Shown: positions 55,551-64,000, counted from the stretch's first letter. The stretch: DNA of 64,000 bases from Clostridiaceae bacterium (GCA_012518795.1 JAAYRL010000029.1:20607-84606), one strand, 5' to 3'. Numbers and translations: made by a program. Notes: generated by a model from the sequence alone, not told the origin.

Positions 55551-56309
55551 ATGAAAATTTTATTATCCGGTGCTACAGGCAAAATGGGTCATATGATAAC
55601 CGATTTACTGAAAAATTCAAAGCAACATCAAATTGTTGCAGGTTTTGCAGCTGAATTGGGGCCGGATTTACCATATCCGATTTATCTTGATTTAGCTGAT
55701 GTTGAAAATCCCGAACAAATTGATGTGATTATTGATTTTTCCAATCCGGCAAGCTTAAGTGCTTTGCTGGATTTTGGAATTAAAAATAATTTGCCGATGG
55801 TGATAGCTTCAACCGGTTATTCCGATGAGCAAGAATCCGCAATAAGATCGGCATCTGAAAAAGTCGCGATTCTTCATGCGAAAAACATGAGTCTTGGTGT
55901 GAATGTCATGCAAATCATAGTTGAACAATTGGCCTCTATGCTGAAAAACTTTGATATTGAAATTATTGAAAAACATCATCGTTATAAAGTAGACTCGCCA
56001 AGCGGAACTGCAAAAATGCTATTTGATGCTGCGAATAAAGGTCGAACCGGTTCACTGCATGCATTGAACGGTCGCACCGGTATTTATGACGGTCGCGATA
56101 AAAATGAAATTGGAATTGCGGCTATCAGAGGCGGTACAATTGTCGGCGAACATTCGGTAATCTTTGCAGGTGAAGATGAAATTATTGAAATCAAACATAA
56201 TGCAAATTCGCGCAAAGTCTTTGCCAATGGAGCAATTCAGGCAGCCGAGTTTTTGGTTGAACAAACAACTGGTTTTTACGATATGGATGATGTTTTACAA
56301 AAGAAATAA
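55551..56309 (+). CDS. dapB: 4-hydroxy-tetrahydrodipicolinate reductase
   Basis: 252 aa. GATGKMG, EKHHRYKVDSPSGTA. Confidence 0.9.
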   Translation: MKILLSGATGKMGHMITDLLKNSKQHQIVAGFAAELGPDLPYPIYLDLADVENPEQIDVIIDFSNPASLSALLDFGIKNNLPMVIASTGYSDEQESAIRSASEKVAILHAKNMSLGVNVMQIIVEQLASMLKNFDIEIIEKHHRYKVDSPSGTAKMLFDAANKGRTGSLHALNGRTGIYDGRDKNEIGIAAIRGGTIVGEHSVIFAGEDEIIEIKHNANSRKVFANGAIQAAEFLVEQTTGFYDMDDVLQKK

Positions 56310-56386
56310 GCATTTTAAATAATTAACTTAACTGTTAAATGATACAAGAAAATACTCATATTACATGATCACGACAAGGGAAATAA

Positions 56387-57361
56387 ATGACGAAAATTAA
56401 AATAGGTATTGTAGGTTATGGTAATTTAGGTCGTGGTATTGAAACGGCTTTAACAAACAGTTCCGACATGGAGCTGTTTGCTATTTTTACGCGACGTGAT
56501 CCGTTAACGCTGGCTTCGACTTCACGAGTGGAATCCTATGATAGTCTGATTAATTTCAAAAATGAAATTGATGTTTTGATTTTAGCCGGCGGTTCACAAA
56601 AAGATATTCCGGAGCAAGGACCGGAGTTGGCAGCGAATTTTAATACGGTTGACTGTTTTGATACACATCCCGCAATTGCCGATTATTTTGCTGAAATGAA
56701 TCGGATAGCATTAAAGTACAAACATGTTTCAACTATTGCTATCGGATGGGATCCCGGACTTTTTTCTTTGCAAAGAATGCTTTCCGAGGCAATCTTACCG
56801 GCTGGCGAAACTTATACTTTTTGGGGAGAAGGTCTTAGTCAAGGCCACAGTGATGCTGTTCGCAGAGTACCCGGTGTGAAACACGGAGTACAATATACAA
56901 TTCCCGATCAGGCAATGATTTCTGATATTAAAGCAGGCAAAACAGTTAACTATACTTCTGCTAAAGCTCATAAAAGAGTTGTTTATGTTGTGGTCGAACC
57001 GGATGCTGATCAAAAAGAAATTGCGAATCAAATTAAGAATATGCCGGATTATTTTGCGCCTTACCAAACCGAAGTACACTTTATTTCTCAAGCTGAATTT
57101 TTGGAAAATCATCAAGGCATGCCGCATGGCGGTACAGTTATCAGACAAGGTGAAACTTCTCCCGGAACCAAAGCTGTTTTTGAATTTAATTTAAAGTTGG
57201 AGAGTAATCCGCAATATACTGCTGCAATAAGTGTAGCTTTTGCCAGAGCAACCTATAAATTATACAATGTAGAACAGTATGGTGCGAAAACAATTTTTGA
57301 CATTCCGCTCGGCTTGTTGTCAAATAGAGACTCAGAAGATTTGTTACATAATATAATTTGA
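56387..57361 (+). CDS. ddh: meso-Diaminopimelate D-dehydrogenase
   Basis: 324 aa. Near-colinear with Corynebacterium Ddh blocks (IVGYGNLGR, GWDPGLFS, FWG.GLSQGHSDA.RR.PGV, MPDYF, GMPHGG). Confidence 0.9.
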   Translation: MTKIKIGIVGYGNLGRGIETALTNSSDMELFAIFTRRDPLTLASTSRVESYDSLINFKNEIDVLILAGGSQKDIPEQGPELAANFNTVDCFDTHPAIADYFAEMNRIALKYKHVSTIAIGWDPGLFSLQRMLSEAILPAGETYTFWGEGLSQGHSDAVRRVPGVKHGVQYTIPDQAMISDIKAGKTVNYTSAKAHKRVVYVVVEPDADQKEIANQIKNMPDYFAPYQTEVHFISQAEFLENHQGMPHGGTVIRQGETSPGTKAVFEFNLKLESNPQYTAAISVAFARATYKLYNVEQYGAKTIFDIPLGLLSNRDSEDLLHNII

Positions 57362-57497
57362 TTGCTGTAAATTGATTGCTGTAAATTGCATAATTTTTTT
57401 AAATGCTCATAATAGAAAAGATATAGTACAAAAACATAGAGGAAACGAGCTGTTAAAATCATTAATATTAATGTGAAAATCGATTAACTGTTAACAA

Positions 57498-57563
57498 GTG
57501 CGATGATATTATTCTAGGAAGTGCAATGATATTATTCTAGGATGATATTATTCTAGGAGGAGG
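57498..57563 (+). repeat. Three tandem copies of ATGATATTATTCTAGGA forming the RBS-proximal leader of glnN
   Basis: Copies lie at 57503-19, 57526-42 and 57543-58. The first two carry a GTGC(G/A) prefix. The last copy extends into the SD AGGAGGAGG, 7 nt before the ATG. Confidence 0.9.
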
Positions 57564-57570
57564 AACCGCT

Positions 57571-59799
57571 ATGACTCGATTTGAATTGGTCAAGGAATTT
57601 GGTAAAAATTTATTCGGTAAGTCAGTAATGAAAGATCGTTTACCTAAACCGGTATATTATGCTTGGGAACAAGCAGTTTTCCAAAATCAGCCGATTGATC
57701 GAGAAGTTGCCGATGCAATTGCCCATGCGATGAAAGTTTGGGCAATGGAAAGAGGCGCAACTCATTTTTGTCATTGGTTTCAACCTTTAACCGGCAAAAC
57801 GGCTGAAAAACATGTTTCATTTCTCCAAGAGGGTAAAGACGGATCCCCGATCTCAAGGTTATCCGGTAAATCTTTAATGCGTGGTGAAACTGACGGTTCA
57901 GCTTTTCCGCATGGCGGATTACGCGATACTTTTGAAGCTCGCGGTTATACTTACTGGGATGTTTCTTCATCGGCTTTTGTCAGAAAAAACGTTCTCTATA
58001 TTCCGAGTGTATTTATCAGCTATACCGGTGCCAAACTTGATATGAAAATGCCTTTAATCAATGCGCGTGAAGCTTTGAGTGAACAGGCTACCAGAGTTTT
58101 AAATCTTTTAGGCAAAACAGAAGTTGAATTTGTACGTCCGATGGTCGGTTTGGAACAAGAATATTTCTTGGTTTATAAAGATAAAGCGATGCAAAGACCG
58201 GATATAAAGTTTTGTGAAAAAACATTGTTTTCAGCCGAAATGCCGCGCGGCGGTGATTATGAAGATCCGTATTTCAGTTCGATGAGTGAAAATGTTCAGG
58301 ACTTTATGGAAGAAGTGAATCGTGAATGTTGGGCATTGGGTATTTATGCGGAAATCGAACATAATGAAGTAGCTCCCGGTCAATATGAATTGGTAGCTTC
58401 GTTTGCCGATGTAACGACAACTATCGACCAAAATATGTTGATTATGGATATTTTGAAAAAAGTTGCCAGGCGTCACGGTTTTGAATGTTTATTAACCGAA
58501 AAACCATTTGGCGGTTTGAACGGCTCCGGTAAACATAATAATATTTCTTTGCAAGCATCAAATGGAGACAATTTATTTGATCCGGGTGATCGTGCTCCTG
58601 AAGACTTACAATTCATAGTATTTTTATCAGCATTTATTCAAACTATCGATAAATATCAGGTTTTATTGCGCATGGCATCTTCGAATGAAGGTAACGATCA
58701 TCGTTTAGGCAGACAAGAAGCGCCGCCCAGTGTACTTTCAATTTATCTCGGAGACAAATTGCATGACTTATTTATCCAATTAGCAGAAACGACCGAGATT
58801 ACTCCGGTTGAACTGACTCACTTAACAGCTCCGCTGGTAAGCCTGTCGGCACAAAGTATTGATGCTACGGATCGCAATCGTACGGCTCCAATCAGTTTCA
58901 GCGGCAATAAGTTTGAAATCAGAACTTTGGGAGCATCTATGAATGCATCTCCGCTCAATACATTCCTCTTTGCAGGTATGGCAGAAAGTCTAAAAGATAT
59001 TGCCGATCGTTTAGAAGCAAATTTATATTCTGATAATTCCGAGACAGCAGGAACGGAGACTTTAAATACATCAGATAAGGTAAATAAATCAGAAAAATCA
59101 AATGTCTTAGCTTCTGACAGCTCAGATTCGGATAAACTTAAAAAATCTGATGTTGAAAATTCGGGGAAACCGGAACCGGAAAATTTGCATAAAATAGTAA
59201 TGCAAATTACACACGACATCCTGAAAGAACATCATGCGATTTTATTTACCGGCAATGGTTATGATCAAGGTTGGAAAGCAGAAGCTGAAAAACGGGGTCT
59301 CAAACATTATGAAAACTATATTGACACTGTAGAAATCTTATGCGATTCTTCAACGATCAAATTATTGGAGAAATTTGATGTCCTAAATGCTCCGGAACTT
59401 GAGGCTCGCTATCAGGTTTTGGTCAAAGATTTTATTCATTCGGTCAAAACTCAAGCCAGAATTATTACTCGAATGGGCCAAGAAGGCGTCTATCCGGCAT
59501 TACTTGACTATCAAGCAAAACTTGAACAAGTTGCTGATGCCGGCTATAGCAAATCTGCTGTTGAACGTGCAAAGTTTAATGCCGATTTATTAGATCGGCT
59601 AGATGCACAAACTAAAAAAATTGATAAGATGATCGGTGAGATTATTGAGCCGGAAGATACCAATCAAGTTATCCGTGAGATGGTTGACAATCTGCGTCCT
59701 GCCATGGCAGAACTTGCTACGCTTCTGCGCGAAATAGAATTGTACACACCTTATGATGTATTCCCATATCCGTCACAAGAAGAACTGATTGTTTTATAG
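57571..59799 (+). CDS. glnN: Glutamine synthetase type III
   Basis: 742 aa. The GSIII-typical length and blocks are present (HFCHWFQPLTG, EHNEVAPGQYE, NGSGKHNN). Confidence 0.85.
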   Translation: MTRFELVKEFGKNLFGKSVMKDRLPKPVYYAWEQAVFQNQPIDREVADAIAHAMKVWAMERGATHFCHWFQPLTGKTAEKHVSFLQEGKDGSPISRLSGKSLMRGETDGSAFPHGGLRDTFEARGYTYWDVSSSAFVRKNVLYIPSVFISYTGAKLDMKMPLINAREALSEQATRVLNLLGKTEVEFVRPMVGLEQEYFLVYKDKAMQRPDIKFCEKTLFSAEMPRGGDYEDPYFSSMSENVQDFMEEVNRECWALGIYAEIEHNEVAPGQYELVASFADVTTTIDQNMLIMDILKKVARRHGFECLLTEKPFGGLNGSGKHNNISLQASNGDNLFDPGDRAPEDLQFIVFLSAFIQTIDKYQVLLRMASSNEGNDHRLGRQEAPPSVLSIYLGDKLHDLFIQLAETTEITPVELTHLTAPLVSLSAQSIDATDRNRTAPISFSGNKFEIRTLGASMNASPLNTFLFAGMAESLKDIADRLEANLYSDNSETAGTETLNTSDKVNKSEKSNVLASDSSDSDKLKKSDVENSGKPEPENLHKIVMQITHDILKEHHAILFTGNGYDQGWKAEAEKRGLKHYENYIDTVEILCDSSTIKLLEKFDVLNAPELEARYQVLVKDFIHSVKTQARIITRMGQEGVYPALLDYQAKLEQVADAGYSKSAVERAKFNADLLDRLDAQTKKIDKMIGEIIEPEDTNQVIREMVDNLRPAMAELATLLREIELYTPYDVFPYPSQEELIVL

Positions 59800-59811
59800 A
59801 TATTTTGTTTA

Positions 59812-59886
59812 TGGAGCGGGATACGGGATTCGAACCCGCGACTTTCAGCTTGGGAAGCTAACACTCTACCACTGAGTTAATCCCGC
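59812..59886 (-). tRNA. tRNA-Gly (anticodon CCC)
   Basis: The reverse complement is GCGGGATTAACTCAGTGGTAGAGTGTTAGCTTCCCAAGCTGAAAGTCGCGGGTTCGAATCCCGTATCCCGCTCCA. The acceptor stem is GCGGGAT/ATCCCGC, the anticodon loop is TTCCCAA, and CCA is encoded. Confidence 0.95.
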
Positions 59887-60026
59887 ATCAATTAATAAAA
59901 ACATTTTACCTCTTTTTAGCTATTTGTACCATGCCACTATCAAATATATGATTATAAAAGTGATAACCCAGCAACTATAATTAATAGAAAAGCCAAAAGG
60001 AAGAAAAGTTAAAAGAAAGTTTTGGT

Positions 60027-60292
60027 TTGCAAATATGAAAGCATTTTGATATAGTGCATTTGATAATTTAATATTTTAAGGCTGTGAGAAGGAAGAAGTT
60101 TTAAAAACGAGCCGCCTTTGAGCCGCGGACCGAACAGTAATTACTAAGTAAGCTCCGCCGTAAGTCCTGACGATATAAGGGTAAAGTATGAAAATACTTA
60201 GTGAGTGCGATTTGCTGTGAAGTAGATCGAATTTAGGTGGTAACACGGACTATGTTCGCCCTAAACAGAAGTGTCTGTTTAGGCGTTTTTAT
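60027..60292 (+). promoter_or_regulatory. Promoter plus T-box riboswitch leader of the aminotransferase gene
   Basis: TTGCAA-17 nt-TATAGT at 60027-55. A GA-motif-like GUGAGAAGGAAG lies near the 5' end. The T-box sequence is AATTTAGGTGGTAACACGG at about 60230-48. The terminator is GCCCTAAACAGA-agtg-TCTGTTTAGGC plus a T run at 60257-90. Confidence 0.8.
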
Positions 60293-60308
60293 TTTATAGG
60301 AGGTTTTT

Positions 60309-61559
60309 ATGAGAACTTTTCAGAAATCTTCAAAGCTGTTTAATGTAGCTTATGATGTAAGAGGTCCTGCGTTGGATGAAGCTATGCGTATGGAAAATGA
60401 AGGAATTGAAATTTTAAAATTAAACATCGGAAATCCGGGACCTTTCGGTTTTCAAGCACCACAAGAAGTTTTGAATGGTGTTACGGATGGCTTGAAAAAA
60501 GCTCAGGGTTACACCGATTCAAAAGGTTTATATGAAGCCAGAGAAGCAATTGCCAATTACCATTTGCAGATGGGTATTGAAGGAGTCACGCCTGATGATG
60601 TTTATACCGGCAATGGTGTTTCAGAATTAATTCAAATTTGCATGCAAGGTCTTTTGGAAGACGGTGATGAAATTTTAATTCCTGCACCTGATTATCCTTT
60701 ATGGACAGCGATGGCAACTTTAGCCGGTGGAACAGTCAGACATTATATTTGCGATGAAAAATCAAATTGGCAGCCGGATATTGATGATATGCGTTCTAAA
60801 ATAAATGATAAAACGAAAGCAATTGTCGTAATTAATCCGAATAATCCTACCGGTGTAGTTTATTCTGAAGAAATTTTGTTACAAATTGTTGAATTAGCTC
60901 GTGAGCATGAGCTGATCATTTTTTCAGATGAAATATATGATCGTCTGGTTATGGATGATATTAAATTTAAATCAATTGCTGCTTTAGCGCCTGATTTATT
61001 CTGTATTACACTAAATGGTCTTTCAAAATCTCATTTAATTGCAGGATTCCGTATCGGTTGGATGTGTCTTTCCGGTCCTAAGGTTGCTGTCAGAAGTTAT
61101 ATTGAAGGCTTGAATATGTTATCGTCAATGCGACTTTGTTCTAATGCTCCTGCCCAACTTGCCGTGTCGGCAGCTCTTAATTCAGTGGATGAAACCAAAG
61201 CGATGATCAGTCCGGGTGGCAGGGTATATGAACAAAGAGAAGCTGTATGTAATGCATTGGATAAAGTAGAAGGTTTGTCCTATGTTCGTCCGCAGGCAGC
61301 TTTTTATGTATTTCCTAAACTGGATATTGAGCGTTTTGGTATTACCAGTGATGAGAGATTTGTCTTTGATTTTTTAAGAGAACAACATGTTTTGCTGGTT
61401 AGAGGCGGTGGATTCCATTGGCCTGAACCGGATCATTTTCGTATAGTTTATCTGCCTGAAATAGAAATCTTGACAGAAGCTGTTAGCAGATTGGCAAAAT
61501 TTTTGAAAAACTACCGTCAAGATCATACAGACCAACATTTGATTTTTAAACATCAGTGA
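60309..61559 (+). CDS. Class I/II aminotransferase, AlaA/AlaC-like (probable glutamate-pyruvate aminotransferase)
   Basis: 416 aa, colinear with E. coli AlaA blocks (KSSKL.NV.YD.RGP, LKLNIGNP.PFGF, PDYPLWTA, NPNNPTG, GLSK...AGFR.GWM, SMRLC.N.PAQ). Confidence 0.8.
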   Translation: MRTFQKSSKLFNVAYDVRGPALDEAMRMENEGIEILKLNIGNPGPFGFQAPQEVLNGVTDGLKKAQGYTDSKGLYEAREAIANYHLQMGIEGVTPDDVYTGNGVSELIQICMQGLLEDGDEILIPAPDYPLWTAMATLAGGTVRHYICDEKSNWQPDIDDMRSKINDKTKAIVVINPNNPTGVVYSEEILLQIVELAREHELIIFSDEIYDRLVMDDIKFKSIAALAPDLFCITLNGLSKSHLIAGFRIGWMCLSGPKVAVRSYIEGLNMLSSMRLCSNAPAQLAVSAALNSVDETKAMISPGGRVYEQREAVCNALDKVEGLSYVRPQAAFYVFPKLDIERFGITSDERFVFDFLREQHVLLVRGGGFHWPEPDHFRIVYLPEIEILTEAVSRLAKFLKNYRQDHTDQHLIFKHQ

Positions 61560-61581
61560 CGGTAAATAACTTGGTAGTGAT

Positions 61582-61912
61582 GGCACACTATTTAAGGTCA
61601 TACAGACAAAATCCAGAATAAGCTTAGAAAGTGTGCATCTCCAGCTCGTAAACTCCGGTTTTAGATGATCCCATGCACACTATTTAAGGTCATACAGACA
61701 AAATACAGAATAAGCTTAAAAAGTGTGCAATCTGCCCGGAAAAACCAGGATTTTTTGAAAAAATTGCACACTATTTAAGGTCATACAGACAAAATACAGG
61801 ATAAGCTTAAAAAGTGTGCAAGTCTGACTTGGAAAGGCCGGTTTTATCAAAGAAATTGCACACTATTTAAGGTTGAACCGTAAAATCCCAGGATAACCTT
61901 AGAAAGTGTGCA
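61582..61912 (-). repeat. Array B: 4 tandem copies (92/91/92-bp period) of the array A hairpin family, on the opposite strand
   Basis: GCACACTATTTAAG starts at 61583, 61675, 61766 and 61858. The reverse complement of each unit reads TGCACACTTT(T/C)TAAG-26 nt-CTTAAATAGTGTGC. The linkers are homologous to those of array A. Confidence 0.9.
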
Positions 61913-61947
61913 AGTCCGATATAAAAAAAGCCGGTTTGTTTGAAGAA

Positions 61948-63321
61948 TTAGGTTCTTAAAGCTTCTAATGCTGATAATTTCATAGCACGTCGAGCGGGCA
62001 TGACGCCTGCCAGCATACCGATGATTGTTGCAAACCCGATTGCACCTGCAACCAACCAGAGCGGAATGATTGATAATGGACTTCCGTCTGCACCTACAGG
62101 ATATATTCCGAGTGCCTCCATACCTTGACCTGACGCATTGTTTAATATTGAGGAAACAATGAAACTCAAGCCGATTCCTAAAACACCGCCGATTAAACCG
62201 ATAAGACATGCTTCAGCTAAGAAGATGTTGCGAATATTCTTGAGACTACATCCCAAAACTTTGAAAATGCCGATTTCTTTTGTTCTTTCATAGACTGACA
62301 TCATCATGGTGTTGGCAATGCCGATTGCAGCAACGAAGAGTGAAATGCCGCCTATACCACCGAGAACCATTTGCTGATTAGCCGATTGCTGACGCATTGA
62401 ATCGATAAATTCAATATTTGAATCAACCTGAAAACCCATATCGCGGATTTGTTCCAGGACTTCTTTGGTATGTTCCAAATCGGTTGAGCCGACAATAATA
62501 CTATCATAGATGACTTCACCTACAGGTTTACCGCTTTTGGATTTCGGTTGACCGGGCCAGGCTTTACCTTTGAATGTTTGATTTAAGAAATCTTCCAGAT
62601 GTCCAATTTCAGTATAAGCAGAATACAAATTCGGTGACCATTGTTGTTCATCAGGTGAGCCCATGATTCCGTCGACATGCAACAGATGTTTTTTGGGCGC
62701 TGTACCTTCGCCGCCTTGAGCATTATAGTAAGCGTCCATATCCCAAGTTGCGAAACTAGGTTTATTAATTAAATCTACCTCTGCCGGTTCCCAATTATGA
62801 GAATTTGGATTATAGAATTGATAAGTAATATCTCTACCGATAACTAACGGTAAGTGGTCTTGTTTTTTTGTGAAATCCGGCAGTTCCCCTTCTATAATAT
62901 GGATTTTTTTCGTGGCAAGTGCGTCTGCAGTCATACCTTCAATATAAATATAATTTTCGTAAACACCTTGTTGAACACGAATTGAAATAGTGAGGACAGG
63001 AGATGCATATTTAACATTTGGCAGTTGTCTTATTTCGTTTACAGTTTCCATATTTAATTTCTTTTTACTGGCTTCAATTTGGCTGAAATTTCCGCTTGCA
63101 TCGATCATCATACCACCTTCATCATTTCTCACGTTAACGGTGGTCAAATCAGATGACTGATCGATCATTTTCATCATTGCTTCACTTTGTCCGATGCCAA
63201 TTGAAAGCATGGTCACGATTGATGCAGTACCAATAATGACTCCCAGCAGGGTTAATATAGAACGTAATTTACGACGCCATAAATTAGTTAGACTTAAACT
63301 AAGCAGATCATACCATTTCAT
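61948..63321 (-). CDS. FtsX-family ABC transporter permease (MacB-like: N-terminal TM, large extracytoplasmic domain, C-terminal FtsX domain)
   Basis: 457 aa. N-terminal LRRKLRSILTLLGVIIGTASIV. C-terminal ERTKEIGIFKVLGCSLKNI plus 3 TM helices. Confidence 0.8.
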   Translation of the reverse strand: MKWYDLLSLSLTNLWRRKLRSILTLLGVIIGTASIVTMLSIGIGQSEAMMKMIDQSSDLTTVNVRNDEGGMMIDASGNFSQIEASKKKLNMETVNEIRQLPNVKYASPVLTISIRVQQGVYENYIYIEGMTADALATKKIHIIEGELPDFTKKQDHLPLVIGRDITYQFYNPNSHNWEPAEVDLINKPSFATWDMDAYYNAQGGEGTAPKKHLLHVDGIMGSPDEQQWSPNLYSAYTEIGHLEDFLNQTFKGKAWPGQPKSKSGKPVGEVIYDSIIVGSTDLEHTKEVLEQIRDMGFQVDSNIEFIDSMRQQSANQQMVLGGIGGISLFVAAIGIANTMMMSVYERTKEIGIFKVLGCSLKNIRNIFLAEACLIGLIGGVLGIGLSFIVSSILNNASGQGMEALGIYPVGADGSPLSIIPLWLVAGAIGFATIIGMLAGVMPARRAMKLSALEALRT

Positions 63322-64000
63322 CGATTTCAGCCTGTTCTTTTTTTGCTTTGCGAATTCTTACAATTTTTACAATGATAGCTATTAGAATAAGTCCACCTGC
63401 TCCGATTGAAGCCCAACCCCACCAGGGGAATTTTTTTGATTCTTCACCCATCATATTCGGATCTTCACCCATCGGGAATTCACCGTAGAAAAATTCTTCA
63501 CCGGGGAATTCTTCCATATAATCGCCGCTTTCATTGATAAATAATTCTAAAGTTTTATCGATTTTAGTCACTTTTCCCACAGCATCTTCAAATGTAATTT
63601 GGAAAGGAATTTGATTATCAAACGTGGCTTGTATTGCTTTTACCATGAAATCAACATCTTTGGAATTCCCGGATTCCAAATTTCCAATAAAGATTTCATT
63701 TTTTTCTAAAGGACCCTCAGGAATGACAATTGTCAGATTATAAAGAGTCGCTTTACCTTTGTTAAATACACTGAACATGATATTAGCATCATTACCGACT
63801 TCCAATGTATCAGGCATGATTTCTATTTTACTTAAATCAAAGCGCAACTCCTGATAGACCATAATAGAAATGGATTCTTCGGCAGTATAGGGATTACCTT
63901 TATCATCTTCATATTCAAATTTTAATTCAAGCGGATAAGCCTTTTGTTCGATCGCAGCATTTGTTTTCAGTTTAACTTCCTGTTCAATTTCCGTGTCTTT
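63308..64000 (-). CDS. C-terminally membrane-anchored protein with beta-rich (CARDB/COG1361-like?) repeats; 5' end runs off the window
   Basis: The frame stays open from the listed Met (63862) up to nt 64000 (KDTEIEQEVKLKTNAAIEQKAYPLELKFEYEDDKGNPYTAEESISI precedes MVYQE). A C-terminal TM (WWGWASIGAGGLILIAIIV) and a basic tail are present. It overlaps the permease gene by 14 nt. Confidence 0.55.
   Translation of the reverse strand, partial: KDTEIEQEVKLKTNAAIEQKAYPLELKFEYEDDKGNPYTAEESISIMVYQELRFDLSKIEIMPDTLEVGNDANIMFSVFNKGKATLYNLTIVIPEGPLEKNEIFIGNLESGNSKDVDFMVKAIQATFDNQIPFQITFEDAVGKVTKIDKTLELFINESGDYMEEFPGEEFFYGEFPMGEDPNMMGEESKKFPWWGWASIGAGGLILIAIIVKIVRIRKAKKEQAEIDEMV

Noticed and set aside
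57440-57500. GlnR/TnrA operator upstream of glnN
   Set aside because: TGTGA-N7-TTAAC and TGTTAACA come close, but neither fits TGTNA-N7-TNACA.
61847-62209. 120-aa ORF overlapping the 3' end of the FtsX permease and hairpin array B
   Set aside because: It lies in a different frame of the same strand within a motif-supported CDS. It is Arg/Cys-rich, and its 3' part is encoded by the repeat array.

Overview
This is a densely coding, AT-rich chromosomal segment with Firmicutes/Bacillota hallmarks: cysS-mrnC-rlmB-sigH synteny, SAM-I and T-box leaders, lipobox lipoproteins and ComFC. Most of the window is amino-acid metabolism. It holds a hisZ-G-D-C-B-A-F-IE operon with no hisH, an aspartokinase-thrC-thrB block translationally coupled to a DMT transporter, argG-argH, and a lysA-aspartokinase-dapA-dapB-ddh lysine cluster (dehydrogenase branch). 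It also holds a type III glutamine synthetase, a GltD-like oxidoreductase, an AlaA-like aminotransferase behind a T-box, and polar amino-acid and oligopeptide ABC importers. Three parts look accessory. (i) At 3.0-9.3 kb there is a co-directional run of a serine-palmitoyltransferase-like enzyme, a membrane-tailed SDR and a lipoprotein-VTC-DUF4956-CotH operon. (ii) At 10.5-15.7 kb there is a stripped-down Tad/Flp pilus-like operon ending in an FHA protein. (iii) At 32.1-34.6 kb there is a DUF1538-type membrane protein associated with three PII-like domains. The most unusual non-coding signal is a hairpin repeat family present as two four-copy arrays with about 92-bp phasing (2660-2992 and 61582-61912). 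Each array lies directly downstream of an FtsX permease gene, in the same gene-relative orientation. The window also contains many short tandem duplications of RBS-proximal leaders and of gene 3' ends. There are two tRNAs (Arg-ACG, Gly-CCC). I saw no transposase, integrase, phage, CRISPR-Cas or recognisable defence genes. All family assignments come from reading the translated ORFs and motifs by eye; no database search was possible.
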